The position numbers and the translations under genes are program-made. From an uncultured delta proteobacterium (lineage in GTDB: Bacteria > Desulfobacterota > BSN033 > UBA1163), in NCBI GenBank assembly GCA_963711845.1, contig CAVQFR010000014.1, positions 73,644-137,643 on the forward strand: a DNA stretch of 64,000 nt, given 5' to 3'. Position 1 is the first letter of the stretch. Each line of letters opens with the position of its first letter. Below are positions 18,956 to 30,264 of the stretch, piece after piece. The notes under the pieces were generated by a model. It did no database searches, had not been told where the DNA came from, and saw only the letters and a list, made by a program, of their open reading frames with translations.

Positions 18956-19028
18956 GATCTGCCGGTAATTGAGTTTTTCCACAGAGGGATTATACTACCT
19001 GATTGATTTCTCGGCAAGCTTTTAAAAA

Positions 19029-19652
19029 TTAAGGTCGATAGGATTGATAATAGCTTAACACTTTTTTGACGTAATCCACGGTTTCCCGATACGGAGGGAT
19101 CGAACGTACCTCGGCAACGATATTCTCACCGGCATTATAGGCGGCTATGGAGAGCCGAAGATCATCATTAAAAAGGGAAAGGAGATACTTAAAATATCTT
19201 ACTCCCCCTTCAATATTTTCTCTGGGATTGAAACTGTTCGAAACATTGAGCCGCGAAGCGGTCTCCGGCATCAGTTGCATCAACCCCTTTGCTCCTTTTC
19301 TTGAGACCGCAGCGGGGTTGAATCCTGACTCTGCCCGGATGATTGCCTTGATCAACGCAAAATCCACCTGGTATTTCTTAGAAAACTCCGAAATGAGTGA
19401 GTCGTATTGATTCGAATCTCTTATGTACGAAAAGGAGGAGTTTCCACCTCCAACATCTTCTTTGCTCTCCCGGATGTAGAGCTTAAATTTGGGGTCTCTC
19501 GGGCAGTTGGTGAAATGAATGACCCCATTTTCATCTTCGTAACGATAAATCCCCGCTGACGAGGGCAGGGGCAGGAAAAATATGCAAAATAAAATCAATA
19601 GAGTGACAATGTAATTCATTAAATTTCGATTCCCAATGTCAATATTGGCCAA
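19029..19652 (-). CDS. lytic transglycosylase (SLT domain) with N-terminal membrane/signal segment
   Basis: SLT catalytic motif ESGFNPAAVSRKGAKGLMQLMPETA and AYNAG. Confidence 0.8.
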   Translation of the reverse strand: MANIDIGNRNLMNYIVTLLILFCIFFLPLPSSAGIYRYEDENGVIHFTNCPRDPKFKLYIRESKEDVGGGNSSFSYIRDSNQYDSLISEFSKKYQVDFALIKAIIRAESGFNPAAVSRKGAKGLMQLMPETASRLNVSNSFNPRENIEGGVRYFKYLLSLFNDDLRLSIAAYNAGENIVAEVRSIPPYRETVDYVKKVLSYYQSYRP

Positions 19653-19963
19653 AAACTACCATAACTTGTCACTTCTGTCAACGAAATTCTAGTCTCAAGG
19701 TATTTAGAAATTTTCTCAACCTAATGAAATCAAAGGATATTTGTGAATTTTTCTGAAATATACCTTGATAGAATAGTGCAATCTCTATGCCCATTGGCCG
19801 GCAAGCGCCCCATCTTGCCAAAGTGGGATAGGCAGGGTCCCTGCCTACCGACCCCGGTCCCAATCGAGGGCAGGGAAGACAGAATTCTCGCTTTTTCCTG
19901 AAGATTGTCGAGCGGGGTATATAGGTATAGGCAGCAGGACAAACAAAGAGGGTACGGCGTTCT

Positions 19964-22900
19964 TTAAGCCCCCTTTTTAATCGTCCACCGGCGTCGGATC
20001 CAGCCACCGAAATCGTCGAGAACCGAATACATCACCGGTACAATGAGAAGTGTCAAAAAGGTGGATGTGATCAACCCGCCGACCACTGCACGAGCCATAG
20101 GTGCCCGCATCTCCGCTCCCGCGCCGAGCGCCAAGGCCAGGGGAAGCATTCCGAAGATCATGGCCAGGGTGGTCATCAGGATGGGACGAAGTCTCGTTCG
20201 GCCTGCGGTAATGATTGCCTCCGTGCGATCCATGCCCCGGGAGCGCAGCACCTTGGCAAAGTCGACGAGCAGGATGGCATTCTTTGTCACGAGACCCATC
20301 AGCATCATGAGGCCGATGAGGGACATCATGCTGATCGTATCGCCTGTGAGCCAGAGCATCGTTGCCATCCCGATCAGAGAAAGGGGCAATGAGAGCATGA
20401 TCGAGAGGGGGTCGATAAACGATTCAAACTGGGCTGCCAAAATAAGATAAACGAGGATGATGGCCAGGATGAGAGCCTCTGCCATGTATCCCAATGATTC
20501 TGTCATTTGCTCGGCTTCTCCAGAAAAAAATACCCGGTATCCAGGAGGCATCCTGATGAGGGAGGCAGCCTGGCCTACCTTTTCTATGGCCGTCCCCAGA
20601 GGGAGATTGTCGAGGTTTGCAGAAACCACAACCTGACGAGTCAGGTCCTGCCGGTCGATCTCCGAAGGAGTGGGCTTGATGGAGTAGGTGACCAGTTCGC
20701 CCAGTGGAATGAGTGTGGGTCCATTCCCCGGTTTTTGAACGGCCAGTCTGAGTTTTTCAACATGGGATAGATCTTGCCTGAGAGTGTCCGGGAGTCTGAC
20801 GCGAACGTTCACCGCGTCGCCGTCCTCATCTTCATAGGTGGTGACCGCTTGCCCGCCCACCAATGCGCCCACCGTCCGCACGATGTGGCCCGTCGTGATT
20901 CCCACGTCAAAAGCCCGCTCCCGGTCGACCGTCAAACGGTACTCTGGGATGTCCTGCTCCAGGGTAACCTCGATGTCGACGATGCCCGGAATCTGGTACA
21001 TCTTCTCCTTTAAAGCCGCAGCATATTTCTTGAGAAGGGAAATATCATCCCCCCGGATATTGACGAGAAGGGGTTTCCGGGTATCCATCCTCCCCGCCTC
21101 CGTGATGAAGGGCAGGATGCCGGGAATCTTCTGGAGAAGGCGACGGGTCTCCTCTTGGATCGCTTTCTGTGAACGCCTTCTCTCGTTGCGGTCCGCCAGC
21201 TTGACATAAACTTTCGCATCGCGGACGGTTCCCTGGTCGCCTGCTCCAATCGTGGCATAGGTATGTTGAACCTCGGGGATCTCTTTCAGCGAAGTCAAAA
21301 CAGCATGGACTCTTCCCCGGGTCTCATCCACGGAGGCATCCGGGGCGGTCGTGAAGTTGACTTCGAATTCTCCCTGGTCGTACCCGGGCACGAACTCGCT
21401 CTGGAGAAAAAACTTGAAGACCACCAGACCGCCTACAAGCGAGAGGACTGCGATCAGGAGGACTGTCCTGCGGTGTTTCAGAGTCCAGGCGATAACGATG
21501 CGGTATTGATCCGCGGTTCGATCAAACCAGTTGTTGAATCGGTCAAGAACCCGAGCGACCAGGTGTCTCTTTCCCTTCCGCTCAATATCCGGGTCGACCC
21601 ATCGGGAAGAGAGCATGGGGTCGAGGGTAAATGAAACAAACAAGGAGACGAGAACCGCAAAGGTCACGGTCATCCCGAACTGAAAGAAAAACCGTCCGAT
21701 GATCCCCTTCATAAACGCCACCGGGACGAAAACAGCCACAATGGAGAAAGTCGTCGCTAAAACGGCCAACCCTATTTCACTCGTCCCCTCTCGAGCCGCT
21801 TCGAAGTGATCCTGTCCGCTCTCGAGGTGGCGGACGATGTTCTCCCGGACGACGATGGCATCATCGATGAGGAGTCCTATGGCGAGGGAGAGCGCCATCA
21901 GGGTCAACACATTCAGTGTCATTCCCAGGAAGTTCATGACGATAAACGATGAGATAACCGAGATGGGAAGTGTCAGGCCCGTAATCACCGTCGAACGCCA
22001 GGAATTGAGGAAAAGGAAAACGATGAAAATGGTCAAAATCCCACCGAGGATGAGCGTGTCCTGAACGTCGCGGACAGAATCACGGATCATGATCGATCCG
22101 TCACGTACAATCTCAATCTTTGTCCCCGGAGGAAGTTCCGACTGAAGTTTAGAAATTTCCTTCTTCACCAGATCCACCGTCCCCACGACGTTTGCTCCGG
22201 ACTGCTTGAGGATGTCAAGGGAGACGGCCTGGACCCCGTTCACAAAAGCCAAGGACCGCTGCTCCTCAATCCCATCCTTAATCTCTGCCACCTCTGAAAG
22301 CATGATGGGACGGCCGTTGCGCTCGCCGATGACCATTGTCTTGAATCGATCCACCGCCTCGGGCTTTCCGGAGACCCGTAAAGGGTATTCGGAGCTGTTC
22401 CGATTGAGCCTGCCGAGAGGGGTGTTGACGTTTTCCGACTGAAGCCCTGCCATCACTTCGTCCACACCCATTCCGAGCGCTTCCAGTCGGAAACGATTAA
22501 TGTTGATGTTCACCTCTCGCTTCGATTGGCCTACCAGGTCGACTTTCCCCACGCCGGAGAGGTTTTCGAAGCGGCGCTGGACCTTCTTCTCGACCAGAGT
22601 CGTCAGGTCTTTGGGAGAGAGAACATCCGAACGTACGGCGAGAGAGACGATGGGTATCGAAGAGAAATCAAGCTTCTGAATGATCGGTTCTTCTATCCCT
22701 TGGGGCAGATCCCCTCGGATGGCGTTGACCTTCGCCCGTGCCTCTTGGGAGGCCTCGTTGATTTTGACCTCTAAGTTGAACTCGACGACTACCAGAGAGA
22801 CACTTTCACGAGAGGTGGAAGTGACATGTTTGACCCCCGAGATCGGATTCACCGCCTCTTCGATCCGCTTCGATACCTCCCTCTCCACCGTCTCGGGTGA

Positions 22901-23062
22901 GGCGCCGGGGTATTTCGTGACGATGGAAAGGATTGGGATCTCCACATCGGGAAACATGTCGATGGCTAAGCGACGATAGGAGAAGATTCCCAGAGTGACC
23001 AATGCCAGCATCATCACGGAGGCGAAGATGGGTCGCTTAATCGACAGATTGGAAAGAAACAT
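19964..23062 (-). CDS. RND efflux transporter permease (AcrB/CzcA superfamily)
   Basis: 1032-aa 12-TM-type ORF with typical RND N-terminus [43 protein letters not shown]. Confidence 0.9.
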   Translation of the reverse strand: MFLSNLSIKRPIFASVMMLALVTLGIFSYRRLAIDMFPDVEIPILSIVTKYPGASPETVEREVSKRIEEAVNPISGVKHVTSTSRESVSLVVVEFNLEVKINEASQEARAKVNAIRGDLPQGIEEPIIQKLDFSSIPIVSLAVRSDVLSPKDLTTLVEKKVQRRFENLSGVGKVDLVGQSKREVNININRFRLEALGMGVDEVMAGLQSENVNTPLGRLNRNSSEYPLRVSGKPEAVDRFKTMVIGERNGRPIMLSEVAEIKDGIEEQRSLAFVNGVQAVSLDILKQSGANVVGTVDLVKKEISKLQSELPPGTKIEIVRDGSIMIRDSVRDVQDTLILGGILTIFIVFLFLNSWRSTVITGLTLPISVISSFIVMNFLGMTLNVLTLMALSLAIGLLIDDAIVVRENIVRHLESGQDHFEAAREGTSEIGLAVLATTFSIVAVFVPVAFMKGIIGRFFFQFGMTVTFAVLVSLFVSFTLDPMLSSRWVDPDIERKGKRHLVARVLDRFNNWFDRTADQYRIVIAWTLKHRRTVLLIAVLSLVGGLVVFKFFLQSEFVPGYDQGEFEVNFTTAPDASVDETRGRVHAVLTSLKEIPEVQHTYATIGAGDQGTVRDAKVYVKLADRNERRRSQKAIQEETRRLLQKIPGILPFITEAGRMDTRKPLLVNIRGDDISLLKKYAAALKEKMYQIPGIVDIEVTLEQDIPEYRLTVDRERAFDVGITTGHIVRTVGALVGGQAVTTYEDEDGDAVNVRVRLPDTLRQDLSHVEKLRLAVQKPGNGPTLIPLGELVTYSIKPTPSEIDRQDLTRQVVVSANLDNLPLGTAIEKVGQAASLIRMPPGYRVFFSGEAEQMTESLGYMAEALILAIILVYLILAAQFESFIDPLSIMLSLPLSLIGMATMLWLTGDTISMMSLIGLMMLMGLVTKNAILLVDFAKVLRSRGMDRTEAIITAGRTRLRPILMTTLAMIFGMLPLALALGAGAEMRAPMARAVVGGLITSTFLTLLIVPVMYSVLDDFGGWIRRRWTIKKGA

Positions 23063-23066
23063 CTTC

Positions 23067-24230
23067 TCAGCCTCTATTCACCTGGGTGACATTTACCCGA
23101 TCGCCGTCTTTCAGGTTGAACCCACCACGGACAACCACTTGTTCATCGGTTACAAGTCCCGATATAATTTCTACAAAATCCCCCATGATTGCCCCTGTCT
23201 GAACGGTTCGTCGGTTCGCAATCTCTCCCTTCACCACGAAGAGATCTCCTTTCTTTCCAGCCACATCCCAGGAGAGAAGAGCCCCTCGAGGCACCCTAAG
23301 AATGCCCGTCCGTTTTCCTGTGCCAATTCGGCCCTTCACATAGAGGCCCCCCTTCAACTGCTCTGAAACGTTTTTGACCTCGGCCGTTACCTTCACCGAC
23401 CGATCTGATTCATTCACCACAGGGTTGATAAACATCACCTTTCCCGTAAACGTTTCTCCGGGAATAGCATCGGTCGAAAAGGTGAGCGGAAGCCCCACAC
23501 GGACCATACCCATTTCGACCGACGGAACCGTCACCGTTAGATCCAAGATGTGGGTATCAATGATTTTAAACATGATCTTTTGCGAACCCGCCTCTCCGAC
23601 AAGGTCCCCGATATTTACACCTCGGGATGAAACCACACCCTCTATTGGCGAAAGGATGGTCGTCTTGGAAAGCCGGGTCTGGGTGTGACGAAGATCCTCC
23701 TCGGCTGCCCTTAGCTGGGCCCTGGCAGCCTCGATCCGAGCAGCGGATGCCTCTTTTTCAGTCAGCCCGTCATCGAGGGCTTGCTGTGTCACAACCCCGA
23801 GCTCTTTGAGCTTCACCAGGCGACCGTACTCCCGGTTCGCCCGATTTCCCGCCACCTCCGCCTGTAAAAGGGTTGCCTTGGCCATTTCCACAGCAGCACT
23901 GGCCTTCTGTAACAGAATCTCTATTTCTCGTGAATCAATTTTCGCAAGGGGAGTTCCTTTCTTGACCCTGACCCATTCGGTAACATGAACCTCCGTTACG
24001 ATTCCAGCGTATTCAGACCTCACATCTGCCGCGAATTTAGGAGCAAGGGATCCCACCACGTCGATGCCTTCGCTGTGATCCGCCACTTCCACTTTGGCAA
24101 CTTCCACGGCGACAGGGGGACGCCCCCCCTTCTTTTCGTCCGGATTTTTACCTTCCTCCCTGCCGGAACAGCTCGAGAACCCTATGGAGAGAGCAAGCAA
24201 CATGGTTCCAAGCACAAATCTCTGTATCAT
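23067..24230 (-). CDS. RND efflux periplasmic adaptor (membrane fusion protein, HlyD/AcrA family)
   Basis: 387-aa ORF with lipoprotein-like N-terminus (SIGFSSCSG), coiled-coil region and beta-barrel/lipoyl-like segments. Confidence 0.85.
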   Translation of the reverse strand: MIQRFVLGTMLLALSIGFSSCSGREEGKNPDEKKGGRPPVAVEVAKVEVADHSEGIDVVGSLAPKFAADVRSEYAGIVTEVHVTEWVRVKKGTPLAKIDSREIEILLQKASAAVEMAKATLLQAEVAGNRANREYGRLVKLKELGVVTQQALDDGLTEKEASAARIEAARAQLRAAEEDLRHTQTRLSKTTILSPIEGVVSSRGVNIGDLVGEAGSQKIMFKIIDTHILDLTVTVPSVEMGMVRVGLPLTFSTDAIPGETFTGKVMFINPVVNESDRSVKVTAEVKNVSEQLKGGLYVKGRIGTGKRTGILRVPRGALLSWDVAGKKGDLFVVKGEIANRRTVQTGAIMGDFVEIISGLVTDEQVVVRGGFNLKDGDRVNVTQVNRG

Positions 24231-24323
24231 TTCGTTTCCCCATTCATTTCACTTCGCTAGAAAACACCTGCCCAAAAACGAGAGCCAACATGCGATTAAA
24301 CCCTTTTCAAATTTGAAATTTCT

Positions 24324-25640
24324 TTATGGGTACATCCTGCCCATGCCTCGCTCCAATTGGGCCTTGGCGATGTTGAAATCACTCAAAGCGCCGTAATAGT
24401 TCACTCTGGCTTGAGCCAGCAATGTGACCGCGTCAAGAACATCGGTTTGCGTGGCCACCTGATATTTGTACCTCTCCTCATTCATCCTTAGATTCTCTTC
24501 AGCCTGCTCGATCGCCTTTTCTGTCACGTTGATATTTTTTTCCGCAGTCAACATGTTGAGATAGTCATTTTTTACTTCCAGAGTAACGGACTCAATCAGT
24601 TGAGTCTTCGAATCTTCAGCCTGAATCACCTTGACCTTGTTCTCTCCAACCTTGAATGCTGTATTCCCCCAATTCCACAGAGTAAACGTGGCTAAGGCCT
24701 GAATCGTCCACCGATCACTGAATTTGACTCCGCCACTCATGTCGAAATCGTCGGAGAAACGATTGTAGTTGCCCGCGAGACTGATCGTCGGGAAATATCC
24801 GCTTCTGGCAATCTTCACACCCTCCTTTGCCTGGTCGATATTCAATTGAGCGGTCTTTACCTCTGGCCTCAGCCGGAGTGCCTCTTCAAGAGACTGTTCA
24901 TACGAGAGTGCAAAGGCTTGGTAAGCAAGAATATCGACCACCTCAAAGAGAGTATTGATTTCCCTCCTGAGCAATATATTGAACGAAGCCTTGGCCGTTG
25001 CTAAATCATTCGCCGCCTTGACCAGCTGTTGCCTGGCATTGGCCAGCCGCACCTCTGCCTGAAGGACATCATTTTTAGCAACAATTCCAACATCGAAAAA
25101 GGCTTTTGTCACTTCGAGCTGAGCCTCGAATTGTTTAACCTGCTGTTCGGCCACTGCCAGGAATTTCTCTGCTCTTAAGATAGTGAAGTATCCCACCCTC
25201 ACCTGCAGGACCAAATCCCGCTTTGCCGTCTCCAAACTCTCTTTTGAGAGATCCACCCCTATCTTTGCTGAACGATAATTGGCTAAGTTTAACCCTCCTG
25301 TAAAAAGGGGTTGATTGAGGGTCGTACCAAAATTGAAAATATCCCTATCGCTTACTCCACTCGGGACGGCAGCCTGCGCCACTCCGATGGTAACGGGTGT
25401 GTTATATCGAGTATAGCCATATTGTCCCGTCCACCAGGGGAGGAAATTTGTGATCGCTTCCTTCCGTCTATATTCGGAACCTACAATTCCCACCGTGGCA
25501 GAATTAAGTGTCAAGCTTCTCTCCATGGCGATCTTGATGCTTTCCTCCAGAGTGAGAGGTGCCTGAGATCCTTGCGCCCAGACAACACTTGTCGAAACAA
25601 TTGTCCATACCATGAATCCGACGAGCCATCTCATTTTCAT
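24324..25640 (-). CDS. TolC-family outer membrane efflux protein
   Basis: 438-aa ORF with signal peptide and two repeated halves rich in coiled-coil residues typical of OEP family. Confidence 0.8.
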   Translation of the reverse strand: MKMRWLVGFMVWTIVSTSVVWAQGSQAPLTLEESIKIAMERSLTLNSATVGIVGSEYRRKEAITNFLPWWTGQYGYTRYNTPVTIGVAQAAVPSGVSDRDIFNFGTTLNQPLFTGGLNLANYRSAKIGVDLSKESLETAKRDLVLQVRVGYFTILRAEKFLAVAEQQVKQFEAQLEVTKAFFDVGIVAKNDVLQAEVRLANARQQLVKAANDLATAKASFNILLRREINTLFEVVDILAYQAFALSYEQSLEEALRLRPEVKTAQLNIDQAKEGVKIARSGYFPTISLAGNYNRFSDDFDMSGGVKFSDRWTIQALATFTLWNWGNTAFKVGENKVKVIQAEDSKTQLIESVTLEVKNDYLNMLTAEKNINVTEKAIEQAEENLRMNEERYKYQVATQTDVLDAVTLLAQARVNYYGALSDFNIAKAQLERGMGRMYP

Positions 25641-25644
25641 TGAT

Positions 25645-26280
25645 CTACATCCTCCTTTCCATTTGTTGCACCCCGCCCAAAAAAATTTCCAAAACCGTGT
25701 CCAACTTCGAAATGAGTGGATAGGATTCTCGACTCATCATCCACTCGAAGATAAAGGAATTGACAACTCCCACTAAAGCATGAGCCAAATCCATGGGGTT
25801 GAGGGGTCTGAACTCTCCTTCTTCGATCCCCTGCCTCATCACTTCAGCAAGGATGTTGATATAGGCGATCATCTTCTCGTGGAGGCCCTTCCCCAACTCA
25901 TCTTTGACCGTCCACTCGAAGCGACTCCGCTCTGAAGTATAGATCCTAAAAAAATCCCGGTTTCGTTCGAAGAACTCGAACTGGAGGCCCAACACCTTTT
26001 TGATCCTCTCGACAGCCGAGGTGTTCTGCGAGAGTTCTGCTTTGACTAAACGATTGATCTCTTCCACCTTTTCATCGATGAGGGTGAAATAAAGTTCCTC
26101 TTTCGATTTGAAATACTTATAGAGGGTCCCTGTCCCGAACTCCGCCTCTCGTGCAATATCACTCATCGTGGTAGGGAAAAATCCTTTTGCAGCAAAAACC
26201 TTTTCCGCCGCCGAAAGAATTTCCTCGCGATGCGTCAAATATTCTCTTTCTTTTCTGCTAATCTTCTCGGTCTGAATCAT
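25645..26280 (-). CDS. TetR/AcrR-family transcriptional regulator
   Basis: N-terminal TetR HTH (LSAAEKVFAAKGFFPTTMSDIAREAEFGTGTLYKYFKSKEELY); first gene of the efflux operon. Confidence 0.85.
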   Translation of the reverse strand: MIQTEKISRKEREYLTHREEILSAAEKVFAAKGFFPTTMSDIAREAEFGTGTLYKYFKSKEELYFTLIDEKVEEINRLVKAELSQNTSAVERIKKVLGLQFEFFERNRDFFRIYTSERSRFEWTVKDELGKGLHEKMIAYINILAEVMRQGIEEGEFRPLNPMDLAHALVGVVNSFIFEWMMSRESYPLISKLDTVLEIFLGGVQQMERRM

Positions 26281-26313
26281 TGCTTATACCTTTAGACGGG
26301 AATTGAGAACATT

Positions 26314-26330
26314 TATTCACTTTGTGAATA
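26314..26330. promoter_or_regulatory. candidate TetR operator: perfect palindrome TATTCAC-TTT-GTGAATA
   Basis: 7-3-7 inverted repeat about 35-50 bp upstream of the TetR start codon. Confidence 0.5.
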
Positions 26331-26551
26331 GGAGTTCATTTTTACATCAAAAAAAGAGTGCTGTCAAGTGACATTTTTGAGGAAACCTCTCACATCCTCT
26401 TCGGGTTCAAATGATTCGATCACGCCTTGAAGCAATTCTTCCATCTCCCCCATTCCCTCCTCCTGAACAAAATTCAATCCGTCTCCCTGGGTGTGGATAT
26501 ACCGCCCCCCTTCCCTGTGCTGCCGAGGCTTACCGCCGGAAAACCAATGAC

Positions 26552-27166
26552 TCAGGGTTTGGGTGAAAGACAGGCAATCTTTCCACTTACCGACAGAATA
26601 TGGACCATGACCCCTTTTAAGGATTCGATCATACCCAGATAAATGGGTGAATGTTTGGGCACACAAATCCCATTAATCAATCTCTCTTCGTGCACTTCGG
26701 AATAGCCGTCCGCAGTTTTGAAAATGGTCCTTCCCTCTTCCCCGATCTGTCGGGCGAGGGATTTGCTCTCCGTAGTCAAGAGATTCGGAAGGTTTTCTAA
26801 AAGTCTTACGGTTTCTTGGAAGACGCCGTTCACTTCCTTGACGGCCTGATCACTGAAGAGAATATGGTTTTCAGACTTGCCTCTTACCCGATCCAAAACT
26901 CCTTCAATATTGTAAGCCATGCGATCCAGACCGGTGGCGATCGAGAGATAATGCTTGACCCGCTCCTTCTCCTTCTCGCTCGACGAACTCTTGGAAATAA
27001 TGAACCCGGTCAACTCCGACAAATACTGATAAATCTTATCTTCGAACTCTTCCGCTTCCTTGAAAGATTCTTCGTTGGGCCTCCGAAACCCGTCAAAAGC
27101 CAATTCCAGCATCCTCATCAAGCTCTGACAAACCAGGATCATCTTCTCCCTTATTTCTATGTCCAT
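26552..27166 (-). CDS. PhoU-domain protein (DUF47-like)
   Basis: About 205-aa helical protein with PhoU-like repeats (…SIATGLDRMAYNIEGVLDRV…); start may be 27181 or 27166. Confidence 0.55.
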   Translation of the reverse strand: MDIEIREKMILVCQSLMRMLELAFDGFRRPNEESFKEAEEFEDKIYQYLSELTGFIISKSSSSEKEKERVKHYLSIATGLDRMAYNIEGVLDRVRGKSENHILFSDQAVKEVNGVFQETVRLLENLPNLLTTESKSLARQIGEEGRTIFKTADGYSEVHEERLINGICVPKHSPIYLGMIESLKGVMVHILSVSGKIACLSPKP

Positions 27167-27402
27167 CTTCCCTCTCCCCAATGAATTGGCACTTTTGTCT
27201 CTCTAAGGATGACCGGCCCTCTGCTTCAGCAATATTTCTTAACACCGGGCGTCTTCGTGCGTCCTCACATGATTAAACGTGACTTGGATGGGAAACCCAC
27301 AACCTCCTGCCATGACCATGAAAAGGATCCGAGTTGAGGTTTACGTTCGCTTCGCTCACAGGCTAAGCTTAAGATTTAGGCTTCGGGACTATTCACCTTA
27401 AC

Positions 27403-28653
27403 CTAAAATAATTTTAGTTGCTCTTTTACCTCCTCCCCTCCCTTTCTCTCAGGGAAGAGATTGATTTTCCCATAAACGCCGTCATGGCCCGGAATAATTG
27501 AAACCTTTCCCTGCCTCATTCGGACAATCCCATCCAGGACATGGGGCGGAACAAAGGAAGCCAATTCATCGGGAGTGGCGTCGAGTAGAATTCTAAATTC
27601 TGATCCTCCCCTCTCGATCAACCTTTCATATTCAGCCTCCACCGCCTTCGTTCCAACTCGAACATCCAGTGCCTCGGCAATAATCTCTTCCAAAGGGATG
27701 AGATGGATGGAGGGAATGGCATTCTTCGGAATAAAACCCTCTCGGCGGTCAGCGAGCTCTTCCACGCGATGCATCACCCCGATGGTCAACTTCTTACCAC
27801 AATTCGGGCAGAGAGACTGGTTTGCCCTGGTCTGAGACGGAGAGAAGATCACTCCACACTGCCGATGACCGTCATAATGATACTTTCCCTCCTCCGGAAA
27901 GAATTCAATGGTGAAGAGAAGTCTCTTCCGGTCCTTCTTTCGAATCGTTTCAGTGATCTCTCGATAATCCAATGCGCACTCGAAGACGTTCGCCTCCCTT
28001 CCCAATCGGTTTGGGGAGTGGGCATCTGAATTAGAGAGGAGGGTCATGGAATCGAGGGCGGACAATCTCCAATTCATTTCAGGATCTGATGAGAGACCTG
28101 TTTCAACCGCATGGATATGAGGAGACACTTCTCCAAAACATTCCTCGATGGAGTCGAACCCCGAGTTCGCCCCAAAAATCGAAAACCAGGGTGTCCAGAC
28201 ATGGGCGGGGACGATCAGGCAATCCATAGAGATATCCAAGATCATCTTCGCCAATTCTTTTGCACTAAAACCAAAAATGGGTCTTCCATCCGACGAGAGT
28301 TTTCCAAGGTTCCCCAACTTAGAACGAATGGCCTCTGCCACCTCGAAGCCGGGGGCGAAAATGAGATTGTGGATCCGCCTTCCCTTCCCATTCTGAGTAT
28401 AAATATTGCACACCTCTGTCGTTAAAATATACTGGACTCCCTGTTCTCCCTTCTTCAGCTTGAAAAGGCCATTTCCCGAGGGTTCTAATTTTGATCGCAG
28501 CTCTGCAAAATAGGTGGGATGGGTGAAGTCTCCCGTCGTGAGAAGAGCAATTCCTTTTTTCTTTGCCCATCGCGCAAGGGTTTCCACCTCCATCTCCTTA
28601 CTGGTGGCTCGACTGAATTTGGAATGAATATGAAAATCAGCAATGAATCGCAT
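27403..28653 (-). CDS. PHP-domain protein with C-terminal zinc ribbon (EndoQ-like / TIGR00375-type)
   Basis: PHP motifs DFHIHSKFS and LSNSDAHSP, CPNCGKK zinc-ribbon; start taken at MRFIADFHIHS since upstream ORF extension is encoded by a GC-rich repeat. Confidence 0.6.
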   Translation of the reverse strand: MRFIADFHIHSKFSRATSKEMEVETLARWAKKKGIALLTTGDFTHPTYFAELRSKLEPSGNGLFKLKKGEQGVQYILTTEVCNIYTQNGKGRRIHNLIFAPGFEVAEAIRSKLGNLGKLSSDGRPIFGFSAKELAKMILDISMDCLIVPAHVWTPWFSIFGANSGFDSIEECFGEVSPHIHAVETGLSSDPEMNWRLSALDSMTLLSNSDAHSPNRLGREANVFECALDYREITETIRKKDRKRLLFTIEFFPEEGKYHYDGHRQCGVIFSPSQTRANQSLCPNCGKKLTIGVMHRVEELADRREGFIPKNAIPSIHLIPLEEIIAEALDVRVGTKAVEAEYERLIERGGSEFRILLDATPDELASFVPPHVLDGIVRMRQGKVSIIPGHDGVYGKINLFPERKGGEEVKEQLKLF

Positions 28654-28668
28654 CGTCAACGAAAGACC

Positions 28669-28718
28669 ACCCCTCGCCCCTCCCTCTCCCCTGAGGGGAG
28701 AGGGGAAGGGTGAGGGGG
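28669..28718. repeat. GC-rich palindromic repeat, copy 2
   Basis: cccctcgcccctccctctcccctgaggggagaggggaagggtgaggggg. Confidence 0.6.
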
Positions 28719-28730
28719 AATTGTGAAATT

Positions 28731-29831
28731 TCAATCTGCACTCTGCAATTTCCGATCTGAAATCTCATTAAAATGGCCTAACCGCTTGATAGCCTCCACC
28801 TTTTCTCGATCCCCTACCTTGGCTTTATCAATCGCACCTCTTAATACCTCAATCGTCTGATCATAGACCTTTCGGTCTACGGGATAAGGATGGCCATCTT
28901 TTCCACCATGGGCAAAACTGAATCGCGTTGGGTCTTTGAAGCTGGGTGAGATCCCATGGATCAGCTCTGAAATCAGGCTCAACGCCCGCAGACTTTTCGG
29001 GCCCACCCCCCGCATTCCAAGTAGTTCCTCAAAATTCGTCGGTGAGTGTTCATGGATTTGAATAAATATCTTCTCCAGCTTCTCCAGGCGAATTTGTTCC
29101 ATGGGAACAGGATGTTCTTTGGGGAGGTAAAGTTCATTGACTCTCTTCCCTTCAGAGATCAGAAACTCAGGTTTCTCTTGGGAAAGCTCAGCGATGGATT
29201 GTCTGGTCTTTTCACTCTCATGAGCCACGAGATTCAAACCCTCTTTGGTTTGATCACAGCACACCGCCCAGTGGGGTTCACAGACAAAGTCTTTTACTCC
29301 CGGGCTAAACCAATGATATCTTCGGGCATATCGGCTCGCTTCATTCATGCCCTGTTGAACCACTGCCCACCGCCCTGACTGAGTAAAAAAGAAACTATGA
29401 TGATAGATTTGGTAACCATCCTGAACGGCTGCGCTATCGACCTTTGCAGACATTCGACTTGCATAAATCAAAGGCCCCCCGTCCATGCCCCTTCGTTCGC
29501 AAATCTCCTCGATCTCTACGGGGGTCTTTCTGGAGGTCTTTCCTTTCCCCCCCGCAATGAAAAACCCCACTTCGTTTTCGATTCCCTTGATCCCCTCCTT
29601 CAGGGCACCACAGACGGTCGTGGTCACGCCACTTGAATGCCAATCGAACCCCAGCGCGCACCCGAAGGCCTGGAACCAGAAAGGGTCAGAGAGCCGGGAA
29701 AGCATTTCTTCCGTTCCATAAACGTCGATGATGGAAAGGGTGATCTCTTTCGCCAGGCTTTTCATCCTTTGGAAAAGCCATGACGGCGCTTTCCCATAAT
29801 GGAGTGGAAGATGAGCCACGCCTGTCTTCAT
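28731..29831 (-). CDS. conserved hypothetical protein (possibly DUF763 family)
   Basis: 366-aa ORF, full-length coding periodicity, no motif I can assign with certainty. Confidence 0.5.
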   Translation of the reverse strand: MKTGVAHLPLHYGKAPSWLFQRMKSLAKEITLSIIDVYGTEEMLSRLSDPFWFQAFGCALGFDWHSSGVTTTVCGALKEGIKGIENEVGFFIAGGKGKTSRKTPVEIEEICERRGMDGGPLIYASRMSAKVDSAAVQDGYQIYHHSFFFTQSGRWAVVQQGMNEASRYARRYHWFSPGVKDFVCEPHWAVCCDQTKEGLNLVAHESEKTRQSIAELSQEKPEFLISEGKRVNELYLPKEHPVPMEQIRLEKLEKIFIQIHEHSPTNFEELLGMRGVGPKSLRALSLISELIHGISPSFKDPTRFSFAHGGKDGHPYPVDRKVYDQTIEVLRGAIDKAKVGDREKVEAIKRLGHFNEISDRKLQSAD

Positions 29832-29991
29832 CCGACCGGATTCCTTCCCAAACTCAATTGTTACCCGGAGCGCCTGACCGTTTGCGTTCCGACAGAAATG
29901 TCGTTGCGGGCGAAGATCGATACCTATTCAAGAGCCCCCTGTTCACCCCGTTAGAAAACTTCGCAACATCCCATCCCCTTACTAACGAGGT

Positions 29992-30249
29992 TCACCCCGC
30001 GACTTTGTAGACGACGTCGTGTTCTCTCACTCGGTCCTTTATCTTAATCCCGATATCCGCACCCGGGCCTGCTTCCTGGACACTCTTGTTCTCAATCTGC
30101 ATGGAGTCGATGGTTTGAGTCACATCAGTCGTATGGCCGACGATGTGGATGGACTCCCCGACCTTCAACGATCCCTCTGATAACCGTATCGCGGCAACGC
30201 CAACCTTTCCGAAATATTTGATCACTTCCCCTATTTTCCTCTCCTCCAT
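29992..30249 (-). CDS. small beta-barrel protein (EF-Tu domain-2-like)
   Basis: 85-aa ORF MEERKIGEVIKYFGKVGVAAIRLSEGSLKVGESIHIVG…. Confidence 0.4.
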   Translation of the reverse strand: MEERKIGEVIKYFGKVGVAAIRLSEGSLKVGESIHIVGHTTDVTQTIDSMQIENKSVQEAGPGADIGIKIKDRVREHDVVYKVAG

Positions 30250-30264
30250 TTTCCCCCTCCTTTC

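Noticed and set aside
26364-26666. 100-aa ORF overlapping the 3' end of the PhoU-like gene
   Set aside because: Overlaps a complete-looking PhoU-domain protein; possibly a frame-shifted extension but no supporting motif, so not called
28654-28734. N-terminal extension of the PHP-domain ORF
   Set aside because: Encoded by the GC-rich palindromic repeat (proline/glycine-rich); PHP proteins begin at the DFHIHS motif, so start moved to 28653
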